Below the pieces are notes generated by a model. The model saw only the letters and a program-made list of their open reading frames with translations. It searched no databases and was not told the origin of the DNA. From the NCBI GenBank assembly GCA_031367105.1, contig JANLPG010000030.1, positions 16,972 to 80,971 of the forward strand: DNA of 64,000 nt, read 5' to 3'. The stretch's first letter is position 1, and each line of letters opens with the position of its first letter. Of this stretch, positions 38,538 through 49,591 are shown piece after piece. Position numbers and translations under genes: made by a program. This stretch comes from Gemmatimonadota bacterium (GTDB lineage: Bacteria; Gemmatimonadota; Gemmatimonadetes; Gemmatimonadales; GWC2-71-9).

Positions 38538-39245
38538 TCACCCCGGGATGCGCTCTACCATGGCGAGGTAGGCCGACACCCGCTCAACGTCGGGGCGGAC
38601 GTCCTGTGCCGCACGCCAGATATCCCGCGCACCAGCGGTGTCGCCCGCCAAGTATCGGGCCAGACCCAGTTGAACCCGCGCGTCGATCCAGTCCGGGCGC
38701 TCGAGGAGGATCTCTTCGAGCACGTCACGGGCCTCAAGCGGATTCCCCCCCTCGATCAGGAGTCGCGCGAGCCGGAGCCGGAGATCGTGAAATGCAGGGC
38801 CGAGGTCGACCGCACGTCGGTACTCGCGCACGGCGTCGCTGAGGGCGCCACCCTCGGCGTACAGCTCGCCGAGATGGGCGTGTTCGTTGGCAAGGTGGGC
38901 GGCAAATCGAGCGGGGAGGCCGGCGACTGGCGGGCCCTCGGAGGCGGCCGCCGCTCTGAACGCCACTGCCGCCTCCTCGTTTCGCCCGATCTGATTGAGA
39001 ACCAACCCGCGGTGGAGATGTGCCTCGACATATCGGGGATTCAGGGCGAGCGCAGCATCAAATGCTTCGAGGGCCTCCTCGGACCGGTCAAGGAGCGAAA
39101 GCGAGAGCCCGCGCAGATGGAAGACGTCGGCATACGCGCGACCGCTTCCCTGGACATCGTCCAGACAGAGCAGCGCACCGTAGTAGTCGCGGTTGGAAAA
39201 GCGAGCCTGCGCCGTCTCGAGCAGGCCGCCGGCGCTGAGCTTCAT
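38538..39245 (-). CDS. Tetratricopeptide repeat protein
   Basis: Repeated TPRs ([36 protein letters not shown]); ATGA overlap with uxs. Confidence 0.8.
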   Translation of the reverse strand: MKLSAGGLLETAQARFSNRDYYGALLCLDDVQGSGRAYADVFHLRGLSLSLLDRSEEALEAFDAALALNPRYVEAHLHRGLVLNQIGRNEEAAVAFRAAAASEGPPVAGLPARFAAHLANEHAHLGELYAEGGALSDAVREYRRAVDLGPAFHDLRLRLARLLIEGGNPLEARDVLEEILLERPDWIDARVQLGLARYLAGDTAGARDIWRAAQDVRPDVERVSAYLAMVERIPG

Positions 39246-40174
39246 CCGACCACCTGCCGAAAGTAGGCGATGGTGTGCTCCAGCCCTTCCTGGAGGGGTA
39301 CTTTCGGCTCCCACTGAAGGACGGCCCGCGCAACCGTGAGGTCCGGCTTGCGAACTTTCGGGTCATCGACCGGGAGTTCGCGATGGACAATCCGTGATGC
39401 CGAGCCGGTCAGCGCGAGCACCTGCTCCGCCAGTTCCAGCATGGTGAACTCACCGGGGTTCCCGATGTTGGTCGGATCGACGCGGTCCGAATGGAAGAGT
39501 CGGTAGATCCCTTCCACCAGGTCGGAGTAGTAGCAGAACGAGCGCGACTGCAGGCCATCTCCATAGACGGTGAGGGGCTCGCCCTTCAGCGCCTGGACGA
39601 TGAAGTTCGACACCACCCGCCCATCCTGCGGCCGCATTCGCGGTCCATAGGTATTGAAGATCCGGACGATCCGGGTCTCGAGACCGTGGTACGTGTGATA
39701 GGCCATCGTGATCGCCTCGGCGAAGCGCTTGGCCTCGTCGTACACACCGCGCGGCCCGACCGGGTTCACGTTGCCCCAGTAGGTCTCTGGTTGCGGGTGC
39801 ACCAGGGGATCACCGTAGACTTCCGAGGTGGAGGCAAGGAAGAAGCGGGCCCCCTTTGCCTTGGCCAGTCCAAGCGCATTATGCGTCCCGAGGGAGCCAA
39901 CCTTGAGCGTCTGGATCGGCATTTCGAGATAGTCGATCGGCGATGCGGGGGACGCGAAGTGGAGTACCCCGTCGATGGCGCCATCGACGAAGATGTACTG
40001 CGAGACATCGTGGCGGACGAAGCGGAACCGCTCATCCCCCATCAGGTGTGCGAGGTTTTCGGGGCGACCGGTGATGAAGTTGTCGATGCCCACGACGTGA
40101 TGGCCATCTGCGAGAAAGCGGTCCGTCAGGTGCGAGCCGAGGAAGCCAGCGGCCCCCGTAATCACCACACGCAT
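39242..40174 (-). CDS. uxs: UDP-glucuronate decarboxylase (UDP-xylose synthase) family SDR
   Basis: [52 protein letters not shown]...DGRVVSNF. Confidence 0.9.
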   Translation of the reverse strand: MRVVITGAAGFLGSHLTDRFLADGHHVVGIDNFITGRPENLAHLMGDERFRFVRHDVSQYIFVDGAIDGVLHFASPASPIDYLEMPIQTLKVGSLGTHNALGLAKAKGARFFLASTSEVYGDPLVHPQPETYWGNVNPVGPRGVYDEAKRFAEAITMAYHTYHGLETRIVRIFNTYGPRMRPQDGRVVSNFIVQALKGEPLTVYGDGLQSRSFCYYSDLVEGIYRLFHSDRVDPTNIGNPGEFTMLELAEQVLALTGSASRIVHRELPVDDPKVRKPDLTVARAVLQWEPKVPLQEGLEHTIAYFRQVVG

Positions 40175-41478
40175 TACACGTTCCTCCGACCGATGCCGGT
40201 GTAGCGGAAACCGAGTCGCGCCATTCGCGCCGGCTCGTACAGGTTGCGCCCGTCGACCACCACGGGAGACTGCAGCATTGCCTTGATGCGCTCAAAATCA
40301 GGATTCCGGTACACCAGCCACTCCGTGACGACCGCGAGAGCATCGGCACCGAGGAGCGCGTCATAGGGGTCGGCGGCATAGGTAATCCGGTCGCCCCAGA
40401 TCCCGCGGGCGACGTTCATCGCCTCAGGGTCGTGGGCCCGGACCGCCGCACCTGCGGCCAGCAGCGCCTCGATCAGGGCCACGGCCGGACTCTCGCGCAT
40501 ATCGTCGGTCCCGGCCTTGAATGCCAGGCCCCAGACGGCGATCGTGCGCCCGCGCACCGTGGCGAGGAGTCGTTCGAGCTTCTCGAACATGACGCGCTTC
40601 TGGCGTGCGTTGACCGCTTCCACCGCGTCGAAGAGTTCCGGAGACATCCCGACGCCACGCGCCGTGTGAACCAGCGCCTGCACGTCCTTCGGAAAGCAGG
40701 AACCGCCATATCCCGGTCCGGGAAAGAGGAACGCATTCCCGATTCGCGAGTCACTCCCGATCCCCTGGCGCACGGCGAAGACGTCGGCGCCCACTCGCTC
40801 GCACAATTCGGCGATCTGGTTCATGAACGAGATCCGGGTTGCCAGCATCGCGTTTGCAGCGTACTTGGTGACTTCCGCCGAGGGGATATCCATGAACAGA
40901 ATCGGCGAACCCGAGCGGACATAGGGGGAGTAGAGCGCGCGCAACAGCTCCTCGGCCCGCGGATCGTCGGTGCCAAGCACCACGCGGTCCGGCTTCATGA
41001 AATCGTCGATCGCGGCGCCTTCCTTGAGGAATTCGGGATTCGATGCGACGGCGAAATCTCTGGGAGTCACCTCGCGGATCGCGGCGCGGACTCGCTCGGC
41101 GGTTCCCACCGGCACGGTGGATTTGGTGACGACGACCTTGAACCGGTCGAGATGGCGACCGATCGTCGTCGCCACGGCGAGGACGTGCTGCAGGTCGGCC
41201 GAGCCGTCCTCCCCGGGCGGTGTGCCGACGGCGATGAAGACCACGTCGCCGTGCTCCACCGCGGCGCCCAGCTCGGTAGTGAACCGGAGCCGACCCTCCG
41301 CGAAGTTTCGTGCGACGAGGGGCGCGAGGCCCGGCTCGTAGATCGGCAGCACGCCCTCGCGCAGCCGGGCGATTTTCCCGGCGTCGACGTCCGCGCACAC
41401 CACGTCGTTCCCAGTCTCCGCGAAGCACGCCCCGGCAACCAGCCCGACATACCCGGACCCGATTACCGTCACCCGCAT
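40174..41478 (-). CDS. ugd: UDP-glucose 6-dehydrogenase
   Basis: [54 protein letters not shown]. Confidence 0.95.
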   Translation of the reverse strand: MRVTVIGSGYVGLVAGACFAETGNDVVCADVDAGKIARLREGVLPIYEPGLAPLVARNFAEGRLRFTTELGAAVEHGDVVFIAVGTPPGEDGSADLQHVLAVATTIGRHLDRFKVVVTKSTVPVGTAERVRAAIREVTPRDFAVASNPEFLKEGAAIDDFMKPDRVVLGTDDPRAEELLRALYSPYVRSGSPILFMDIPSAEVTKYAANAMLATRISFMNQIAELCERVGADVFAVRQGIGSDSRIGNAFLFPGPGYGGSCFPKDVQALVHTARGVGMSPELFDAVEAVNARQKRVMFEKLERLLATVRGRTIAVWGLAFKAGTDDMRESPAVALIEALLAAGAAVRAHDPEAMNVARGIWGDRITYAADPYDALLGADALAVVTEWLVYRNPDFERIKAMLQSPVVVDGRNLYEPARMARLGFRYTGIGRRNV

Positions 41479-42773
41479 CAGGCGACCTTCGCCATGATGT
41501 TGCGAGTGTCGACCACGAGCCGCGCGTTGCGCTTGACGAGCCCCCAGTCGATGCTGGCGTGGTCGGTGACCACGAGGACCGCATCGGCGTCCCGAACCGC
41601 CGCCTCGGTGAGTGGCACCGAGGCGTAGTCGTGGCCGGCCTCGGTGAACTGTGCCACGTAGGGATCGTGGTAGCTCACCTGCGCGCCGTACTGGTGGAGC
41701 AAGCCGAGGATGTCGAGCGCCGGACTCTCTCGCAGATCCTCGATATCCTTCTTGTAGGCCACGCCCATCACCAGCACCTTGGCGCCCTTGATCGCCTTGC
41801 TGTGGTCGTTGAGTTCCTCCATCAACTTGCGCACCCAGAAGAGTGGCATCTCGCTGTTGAGCTCCCCCGCGAGGTCAATGAATCGGGTCTTGTAATTCAG
41901 GCCGCGCATTTTCCACGCGAGATAATGCGGATCGATCGGGATGCAGTGACCACCAAGCCCAGGGCCCGGGAGGAACTTCATGAAGCCGAACGGCTTGGTC
42001 GCCGCCGCCTCGATGACCTCCCAGACATCGACGCCAAGCTTGTCGCAGACGATCGCCATCTCGTTCACCAGCCCGATGTTCACACTGCGGAAGGTGTTCT
42101 CCAGCAGTTTGACCAGTTCCGCTGCCTCGGTGGTACTCACGGGCACCAGGGTATCGATCGCTGGCGCATACATCGCACACGCCACCTTGTGACAATCGGC
42201 AGTGATCCCGCCGACGACCTTCGGCGTGTTTTTGGTGCCGTACTTCGGATTGCCCGGATCGACGCGTTCCGGCGAGAAGGCGAGGAAAAAATCCTCGCCG
42301 ACCTTGAGGCCGGTGCTCTCGAGGGCCGGGAGCATGATCTCGCGTGTCGTCCCCGGATAGGTGGTGCTCTCGAGGATGATCACCTGGCCGCGGCGCAGTG
42401 TGGTCTTGATCGCCTCGGTGGCCGCCACGATGAATGACACATCGGGATCCTTGTACTTCGAGAGCGGCGTGGGAACACAGATCGAGATGGCATCGGCCTC
42501 GGCGAGGCGGAGCGGATCGGTTGTGGCCTCGAAGAGATTGGCCTTTCGCAGTTCGGCAACCTCCTTGCTGGCGATGTCCTTGATGTGCGAGGTCCCGGCG
42601 TTCAATCCATCGACAACCCGCTGGGTGATGTCGTAGCCCAGCACCTTGAAGCCGGCGCGACCGAGTTCCACGGCCAGCGGGAGTCCGACATAGCCGAGGC
42701 CGACAATTCCGAAGGTGATCTCGCGCCGTTCGGCACGGGCGATGAGGTCCTGGGCGAGCGTCATAGCGTTCAA
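41478..42773 (-). CDS. wbpA: UDP-N-acetylglucosamine 6-dehydrogenase (WbpA/WecC family)
   Basis: GLGYVGLPLA, ICVPTPL, ESTTYPGTT, FSPERVDPG, KLLENTFR.VNI, GPGLGGHCIP.DP.YL; next to wbpB/E/D homologues. Confidence 0.85.
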   Translation of the reverse strand: MNAMTLAQDLIARAERREITFGIVGLGYVGLPLAVELGRAGFKVLGYDITQRVVDGLNAGTSHIKDIASKEVAELRKANLFEATTDPLRLAEADAISICVPTPLSKYKDPDVSFIVAATEAIKTTLRRGQVIILESTTYPGTTREIMLPALESTGLKVGEDFFLAFSPERVDPGNPKYGTKNTPKVVGGITADCHKVACAMYAPAIDTLVPVSTTEAAELVKLLENTFRSVNIGLVNEMAIVCDKLGVDVWEVIEAAATKPFGFMKFLPGPGLGGHCIPIDPHYLAWKMRGLNYKTRFIDLAGELNSEMPLFWVRKLMEELNDHSKAIKGAKVLVMGVAYKKDIEDLRESPALDILGLLHQYGAQVSYHDPYVAQFTEAGHDYASVPLTEAAVRDADAVLVVTDHASIDWGLVKRNARLVVDTRNIMAKVA

Positions 42774-43852
42774 TACTCCAGCGGCAAGGCGACTCGACGT
42801 CCGTCGCGGGCGGCGAGATAAGTGGCGATCAGCAGTTCGAGGGAGTGCAATCCCTCCCGTCCATCCGTGTCGGGCTGCGCGGTCCCGCGCAACACCGCAA
42901 AGACATTCTCGTAGTAGGCCTTGTGGCCGTGACCGTACACCGATGTCGTGGCGTAACTTGCATCCGCGGCCTGTGCGTCATCGGGATGCGCATCGGCAAA
43001 CTCCCAATGATCGATCCGATTGACCGCCACTCCGCCGAGGCGCACCGTGCCGCGCTCTCCGAGGATGGTGATCGATCCTTCGAGGTTCTTCGGATAGGTC
43101 AGCATCGTGACCGCCATGGTGCCGAGGGCCCCATTGCGCCACTTGATGGACAGCACACCGCTGTCTTCGACCTCGATATTCCGTGCCAGCGTGGCGGTGT
43201 ACGCTTGCACGCTCTCCACCGGGCCAACCAGCCAATCAAGCAGGTCGACGTAATGGCTCGCCTGGTTCATGAACGCGCCGCCGTCGAACTCCCAGGTGCC
43301 CCGCCAGGAGGCGCTGTCGTAATACGACTGCGGGCGACTCCAGAAGACGTTGACGGAGACCATATAGATCCGGCCAAACCGCCCCGACACGATCGCCCGC
43401 TTGAGGAGCTGCACCGTGGCGTTCCGACGATTCTGCTTCACGACGAAGAGGTGTCGATCCGCGCGATCACACGCCGCGACCATTGCCTTTCCGTCGGCCC
43501 ATCGGGTCGCCATCGGCTTTTCCGTCACGACGTGCCGTCCCGCTTCGGCACAGGCGATGGCCTCGGCGGCGTGCAGCCCACTCGGCGTCGCCAGTACCAC
43601 GACATCGGCATCCGATCCCGCGAGCAGGTCGTCAAGGTTCCGGAAGCCCCTGGCGCCAGTCTGCGCCACGGCGAGCTCGAGCGCCGCCGGGTTGGAATCG
43701 CACACCGCGACCACTTCGCAGTCAGCCGCGTGGGCCTCGAACGCCTCGAAGTGGTTGGCGGAGATCCGGCCGCAGCCAACCACCGCGACGCGGATCCGCC
43801 GTCCAGCGATGATCGGCGCGCCGACGAGTCGAGGGTGCGTGTGCAGGCTCAC
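42770..43852 (-). CDS. wbpB: UDP-GlcNAcA 3-dehydrogenase (WbpB/WlbA, Gfo/Idh/MocA family)
   Basis: GCGRIS.NH, TPSGLH, EKPMA, VKQNR.N, WRGTWEFDGGAFMNQASHYVDL, YPKNLEGS, SVYG.GH. Confidence 0.88.
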   Translation of the reverse strand: MSLHTHPRLVGAPIIAGRRIRVAVVGCGRISANHFEAFEAHAADCEVVAVCDSNPAALELAVAQTGARGFRNLDDLLAGSDADVVVLATPSGLHAAEAIACAEAGRHVVTEKPMATRWADGKAMVAACDRADRHLFVVKQNRRNATVQLLKRAIVSGRFGRIYMVSVNVFWSRPQSYYDSASWRGTWEFDGGAFMNQASHYVDLLDWLVGPVESVQAYTATLARNIEVEDSGVLSIKWRNGALGTMAVTMLTYPKNLEGSITILGERGTVRLGGVAVNRIDHWEFADAHPDDAQAADASYATTSVYGHGHKAYYENVFAVLRGTAQPDTDGREGLHSLELLIATYLAARDGRRVALPLEY

Positions 43853-44964
43853 GTGTAGAACTCGCGAATGCCGTGCACCACCTGGTCGAGCTGACCCTGG
43901 GTCAGCTCCGAATAAATCGGGAGCGAGAGCACCGTATCCATTGCCGCCTCCGTGACCGGAAGGTCACCGCGGTGATAACCGAGGCCAGCGAAACAGGGCT
44001 GCAGGTGAAGCGGTAGCGGGTAGTAAATGGCACACCCGATGTCGCGCTGCTTGAGATGTGCCATCAGCGCGTCGCGGCGTTCGGCCTGAATGGTGTATTG
44101 ATGCCAGATGTGCTCGTTCGCCGGGTCGACGATCGGCGGCCTCACCTGCGGGATGCCCGCGAGGGCCGTGGCGTAATAGCCGGCATTCGCGCGACGCGCT
44201 TCGTTCCATTCCTGCAGGTGCCGAAGCTTGACCAGCAGCACGGCGGCCTGGAGGGAATCGAGTCGCGAGTTGAAGCCGACTTCGTCGTGGTGGTACTGCT
44301 TGGCGCCACCGTGCAACCGCAGTCGGGCGAGTCGGGCACCGAGGACGTCATCGTCGGTCAGCATCATCCCGCCGTCTCCCCAGGCCCCGAGGTTCTTGGT
44401 CGGAAAGAACGAGAGGGTGGCCACGGTGCCAAGTTGGCCGACCGAGCGCCAGACGCCGTCGATCAGGCGACGCGCCCCGATCGACTGGGCGCCATCTTCG
44501 ATGATCGCGAGGCCGTGTCGGGCGGCAAGCGGTGCGATCGCCTCCATCGCCGCCATCTGCCCGAACAGGTGCACCACGACAATCGCCCGGGTGCGTGGGG
44601 TAATCGCCGCCTCGATCGCCGCCGGGGAGACATTGAAAGTCCCCGGCTCGATATCGGCGAACACCGGGATCCCACCGGCATTGTGAACTGCCCCGGCTGT
44701 CGCGAAGAAGGTGAACGCCGGCGTGATCACCTCATCGCCCGGCGCCAGGCCTATCGCACGGAGGGGAAGCAGGAGGGCGTCGGTCCCACTGGCGCAGGCG
44801 ATCCCGTGCTTTACCCCCATCAACTCGGCGACGGCAGCCTCAAGGGCCGCAACCTCAGGGCCCATCACGAAGCCCTGGCGGTCGATGACCGTGCGAAGCG
44901 CGGGCTCGATCTCTTCTCGAATCAGTTGGTACTGGGTGACCAGATCCAGCAGCGGTACCGGCAT
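43849..44964 (-). CDS. wbpE: DegT/DnrJ PLP aminotransferase (WbpE-like)
   Basis: SGTDAL, FTFFATA, VHLFGQ, EDGAQS.GA, SFFPTKNLGA.GDGG, GFNSRLD.LQAA. Confidence 0.85.
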   Translation of the reverse strand: MPVPLLDLVTQYQLIREEIEPALRTVIDRQGFVMGPEVAALEAAVAELMGVKHGIACASGTDALLLPLRAIGLAPGDEVITPAFTFFATAGAVHNAGGIPVFADIEPGTFNVSPAAIEAAITPRTRAIVVVHLFGQMAAMEAIAPLAARHGLAIIEDGAQSIGARRLIDGVWRSVGQLGTVATLSFFPTKNLGAWGDGGMMLTDDDVLGARLARLRLHGGAKQYHHDEVGFNSRLDSLQAAVLLVKLRHLQEWNEARRANAGYYATALAGIPQVRPPIVDPANEHIWHQYTIQAERRDALMAHLKQRDIGCAIYYPLPLHLQPCFAGLGYHRGDLPVTEAAMDTVLSLPIYSELTQGQLDQVVHGIREFYT

Positions 44965-45009
44965 ATCTGACCCAGGCGAATGAGGCGTAACTGTCAATGG
45001 GATAGGAAG

Positions 45010-45600
45010 TTACCCCGGCTGGGGAGGCGGGGCAATCAGCGTCAGTGCCCCGTCCTGCTCGGAGTAGCTCGTGCCGCAGGCGTTGCACGTCGCGTGCCCC
45101 CCACCGACCCGGAGCCGCTCGCCGCAGCGACAAACCCAGCCCACCCGCCGGGCGGGAACTCCGACCATCAGGCCGAACGCCGGGACATCGCTGGTCACCA
45201 CCGCCCCTGCCCCGATAAACGCATACTCCCCCAGGGTGGCGCCGCAAACGATGGTGGCGTTGGCGCCGATGGAGGCCCCGCGCCGCACCAGGGTGCGCCG
45301 GTACTCGTGTTTGCGGGAGACGTGACTGCGGGGATTCAGGACGTTCGTGAAGACGCAGCTCGGGCCGCAGAAGACGTCGTCCTCGAGCTCGACGCCTTCG
45401 TAGATCGAGACGTTGTTCTGGATCTTGACGTTGTTGCCGATCCGGGTGCCGGACATCACCACGACGTTCTGTCCGAGGCTACTGCGTTCGCCGATGACCG
45501 CACCCGCCAGTACGTGGCAGAAATGCCAGATCTTGGTGCCGGAGCCCACGACGGCACCCTCATCGAGGTAGCTCGACTCGTGGACGAAGAAATCAGCCAT
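45010..45600 (-). CDS. wbpD: Hexapeptide-repeat N-acetyltransferase (WbpD-like)
   Basis: [54 protein letters not shown]-terminal CxCG...CxxC. Confidence 0.88.
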   Translation of the reverse strand: MADFFVHESSYLDEGAVVGSGTKIWHFCHVLAGAVIGERSSLGQNVVVMSGTRIGNNVKIQNNVSIYEGVELEDDVFCGPSCVFTNVLNPRSHVSRKHEYRRTLVRRGASIGANATIVCGATLGEYAFIGAGAVVTSDVPAFGLMVGVPARRVGWVCRCGERLRVGGGHATCNACGTSYSEQDGALTLIAPPPQPG

Positions 45601-45648
45601 CCCCTGCCCTCCCGGGAGCCGCGTAAGCCCCAAAGATAAGCGCAGGAC

Positions 45649-47310
45649 CTACCCTCCGAGCGTCGGGAGGAAACGAGGGGGCTGCCGCAACCTGGTGGCC
45701 TGTTCGAAGGCAAAGGCAAAACCCAGAAGCGCCGCCTCCGTCCACGCCCTCCCGATCAAGGAGATCCCGACCGGAAGCTCGTGGACCAGCCCCATCGGGA
45801 CTGTGATACTGGGGTAGCCGGCGACCGCAGCGAAGGAAGTATTCCCGCCGGTGAAGTGATCGCCATTCAGGAGGTCGGTCGTCCAGGCCGGCTGGTTGGA
45901 TGGAAGGACGATCGCATCCAGTCGATGCCTGGCCATCGTGGCATCGACTCCCTCGGTGCACGCCAGCCGGAGACAACGCGCGCGCGCTTCACGGTATTTG
46001 GAATCGGTTAGTGGACCCGCCTGCTGGGCGCGGAGGAAGGTCTCCTGCCCAAACCACGGTAGCTCGCGCGACCGCTCCTCCTCATTCCACGCAATCAGCT
46101 CGGCCAGCGTTCGCACCGGCACCCCGGAGCCGCGCGAAGCAAGGTAGCTGTTCAGGCCGGTCTTGAACTCGTAGTCGAGGACGATTCCCTCGGCCGCATC
46201 GAACTTTCCCGCTGTCGGGAGGTTGGCGGGATCGACGATGATCGCTCCGGCACTCTTGAGGGCACGGAGCGCCTCGTCAAATCGGAGATCGACGTCGGGA
46301 TTGAAGCCGGCGAGGTTGCGCGCCACCCCGATGCGGGCACCCTTGAGGGCGCCGGGCTCCAGGCCACGGCGGTAATCCGCGCGACTCCGGCCCAGACTCG
46401 CGGCAGTCGCTGGATCGCGGGGATCGACGCCGGTGAGCACGCCCAGCAAGGCGGCGGCATCGGCGACGCTGCGCGCCATCGGACCGGCGGTGTCTTGCGA
46501 GGCCGAGATCGGAATGATTCCCGACCGACTCCAGAGTCCGACGGTTGGCTTGATCCCCACCAGTCCACAGATCGCTGAAGGACAGATGATGGAACCGTCA
46601 GTCTCGGTGCCAACGCCGACGGTGGCGAAGTCAGCGGCGATGGCCGCCCCCGTGCCGGACGACGAACCACAGGGGTTCCGGTCGAGAACGTACGGGTTCC
46701 GGGTGAGCCCACCGCGACCACTCCAGCCGCTGGTGGAACGGGTCGATCGAAAGTTCGCCCATTCGCTCAGGTTGGTCTTCCCGAGCAACACGGCGCCAGC
46801 CGACCGGAGGCGCTCGATGATGAATGCATCGCGCGGCGCGCTCGACCCGGCGAGTGCCAGCGATCCGGCGCTGGTTCGCATCCGGTCCCCGGTGTCGATG
46901 TTGTCTTTCACGACCACTGGGATGCCATGCAACGGCCCACGCAGCGCTCCGGCTTGTCGCTCCGCATCGCAGCGCTCCGCGATAGCAATTGCGTCGGCAT
47001 TGCGCTCGATCAGCGCGTTGACACCGGGCCCACGTTTGTCCATCGCCTCGATCCGCGCGAGGTAGCGCTCCGTCAATGCTCGCGACGTCAGCTCGCCACG
47101 TTGCATCAACTCCCCGAGCTCCGCGACGCTTCGCTCGAACAACGGGTCGGTCGCGTCAGACGCCCGGGATCCGGCCGGGCGACCGCCGACTGTTCCAACA
47201 GGCACCATCGCGGACACTGGATTCGCCGCGCCAAGCAACGCCGCCCCGGCAGCAAGCGTGCGCGTCACGAATGCCCGGCGTTCGATCCCGTCATCGTGCG
47301 TTGGAGCCAT
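45649..47310 (-). CDS. Amidase signature family enzyme with Tat signal peptide
   Basis: ERRAFV twin-arginine leader; LHGIPVVVKDNI, GKTNLSEWANFRS, GSSSG, GTETDGSI.CPS catalytic motifs. Confidence 0.92.
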   Translation of the reverse strand: MAPTHDDGIERRAFVTRTLAAGAALLGAANPVSAMVPVGTVGGRPAGSRASDATDPLFERSVAELGELMQRGELTSRALTERYLARIEAMDKRGPGVNALIERNADAIAIAERCDAERQAGALRGPLHGIPVVVKDNIDTGDRMRTSAGSLALAGSSAPRDAFIIERLRSAGAVLLGKTNLSEWANFRSTRSTSGWSGRGGLTRNPYVLDRNPCGSSSGTGAAIAADFATVGVGTETDGSIICPSAICGLVGIKPTVGLWSRSGIIPISASQDTAGPMARSVADAAALLGVLTGVDPRDPATAASLGRSRADYRRGLEPGALKGARIGVARNLAGFNPDVDLRFDEALRALKSAGAIIVDPANLPTAGKFDAAEGIVLDYEFKTGLNSYLASRGSGVPVRTLAELIAWNEEERSRELPWFGQETFLRAQQAGPLTDSKYREARARCLRLACTEGVDATMARHRLDAIVLPSNQPAWTTDLLNGDHFTGGNTSFAAVAGYPSITVPMGLVHELPVGISLIGRAWTEAALLGFAFAFEQATRLRQPPRFLPTLGG

Positions 47311-47473
47311 AGCGACCTCCGGAGGCGGTGAGCTGGCAGCCCGGCGCGGATTCCCATTGCACGCATCGGGACGTTCGCGTTTCGAGCGATGAAGTGTGTA
47401 CCTGTGAAATCCGCAACGATGTCATGAACCGTGGACGTGCACATCCTTTTCGTGCCACCATTTCATCGGCAGG

Positions 47474-49564
47474 TCACGGTGCTCTCAACACCTCGACCCT
47501 GACGATCATATCTCCCTCCATCAGCCGTTCGGCAACCGCCTGGCCCGCCACAATCTCCCCGAACACCGTATACTCGTGATCCAGGCGCGGATTGTCGACC
47601 AGATTGATGAAAAGCTGCGCATCGCCAGTGTCGCGGCCACGCGCCGAGATACCCACCGTCCCGCGGCCGTGGGAACGCGGAGTCAATTCATCGCGCAGAA
47701 AGAATCGGTCGCCGACATACTCCGTCGCACCGTGCCCGCCCCCCTGGACCACGAAGTTCGGCTCGACACGCTGGAAGGTGGTGCCATCGAAGTAGTGCTC
47801 GCGGGCGCGCCGGATGAGGCGGGCGACGGTGGCGGGTGCCTCCGTCGGAAAGAGGGCGAGCGTGAAGGTACCGCCACCGCTCGAGGCGGCCAGGGTGACG
47901 CGCAGTCGAAGCCGGGTCGTGGCGAAGATCTCGGCCAGGGGCTCTACGGCGATCGGCAACGCGCGCGGTGCGGCCACGACGGTCCGGCCCGACCAGCCGG
48001 AGATCAGCCCCGCCGCAGTCGCCGCGACGGTCGTATCAAAATCGGTCAGATATGGCATCATCCGAACGACGGTCGTGCCGCCCCCCAGCGCGCTGATGCG
48101 GCGCAGGATCGCCAGTCGCGGGTCACGGGCGTTCTCGCTTTGCCCGGCCGTGAGACGGTCGAGCGCGTCGAGGAGCGCCGGAAGCGCATCGGCAGACGTC
48201 GAACCGGCCAGCGCTTCGGCCGCGGCGAGCACCACCTGGAAGCCGGGAGCGGCCAGCGCCGCGATGTAGACGCTGTCACTGGTGTGTTTGCTGGTCGTCG
48301 CCAGCCCGACAATGGCTGCTTCGCGCACGTTCTGGTCACGGTCGCCGGCAAGCTTCAACAATTGCGCGTCGTCCTTGAGCGACGTGGCCACTCGGGCGGC
48401 GACAGCGCGGTCTTGCCAGCGGGCCGAGGCGATGAACTGTGGCAATCGGCTCCGCACCCCGGCGGCATCGATCCGGCTCAGTGCGAGCAAGGCACGGGTG
48501 GGTCGCTGCCAGGAGTGGTCGCCCCGCCTGAGACTCCGTTCCCCGACGATTCCTGCCAACGCCGCCCGCACTGCAGCGCTGTCGGTACAGGGAGCGCCAA
48601 GGGAGTCGATCGCGACCAGCGCCACATAGGGATGGGGATCGTGCGTCGCGGCGGTGAGCGGCGCGCAGTTGGGGATACGTGCCAGCCGGCGCACCGCGCC
48701 GATCGCCTCGACGCGAACGATCACGCTTGCGTCAGCAAGTGCGCGTCGGACGAGCAGCTGGCGGGCTGAGTTATCGAGGCTTCTCGCCCCGGTGAGGGAG
48801 AGTCGACGCACCTGTTCATCGCCGTCCCGGCTAGCCGCAAGCGTCGTCGCGCTGTCGAGGCCATCCAGCAGCCCGAGCGCGAGGACGGCCAGCCGGCGAA
48901 CCGCGGGTGCGGCGGAGCGAACGGCACCTCGGCGTAGCAGGGCGATACCTTCGGTGGAGAGGCCGCCAGTGAACCGTCGCGCCAGCACCAGTTAATACAT
49001 CCCGTTCACGATGCCCAGACTCGTAATGTCCTAAGTCGGTGCCCGCATCGCACGTTCTGCGGCGCGCGCCGCGCTACTATCGGCGAACGGAAGGCGGCCG
49101 AGGGCTTCAGCCAACGCGTCGATCACCAACCCAGCCCGCTCTCGGGCGAGTGCAGCGACCAAAGCGTCCTGGGCAACCTTCGCGCTGAGCTGGTTGGTAT
49201 CGGCAGGAACGGCGACACGCCGCACCCGCTGCACCCCTTGGGCAATGGCGTTCGCCGCTTCCGCCCGGATGGCCGGGACAGCATCTTCGAGGAACGGGAG
49301 CAGCAGGCGGGCAAGGTCCGGGCGCTGCAATCTCCCGACTCCCCGAACCGCCACCCGGCGCAGCAAGGTGTCTCCGCTCAGCAGCCCGTCGAGGAGTGGC
49401 GCAACTCCCGATGCCCCGGTCCCCCGGACGTCTTCCGCCACCAGGATCCGCTGCAACGCGACGACCGTCTTTTCGTTGGGCCGCTGTGCTTGTACCGTGG
49501 CCGCAGGGCACACCAGACCGATCAGTCCTGCGATCGTCACTGCCAGGCGCTTCACAGGCTGCAC
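47474..49564 (-). pseudogene. HEAT-repeat + cyclophilin PPIase gene interrupted by two in-frame stops (pseudogene or sequence error)
   Basis: ORFs 49031-49564 (signal peptide, HEAT) and 47474-48988 (HEAT, then AP.TV..., FQRVEPNFVVQGG, RGTVGIS.RGRDTGDAQLFINL..NPRLDH.YTVFG) share a frame; the junction reads PT*DITSLGIVNGMY*LV. Confidence 0.75.
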
Positions 49565-49591
49565 ACATCCTCCAGGGCAATCCAGGGACGA

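Noticed and set aside
44992-44997. Perfect TTGACA upstream of wbpE
   Set aside because: No acceptable -10 hexamer at 16-18 nt spacing
48989-49035. DGR variable region or Sec/Pyl recoding as the cause of the two stops
   Set aside because: No reverse transcriptase or template repeat in the window; the stops are TAG and TAA, and TAA is not recoded by these systems
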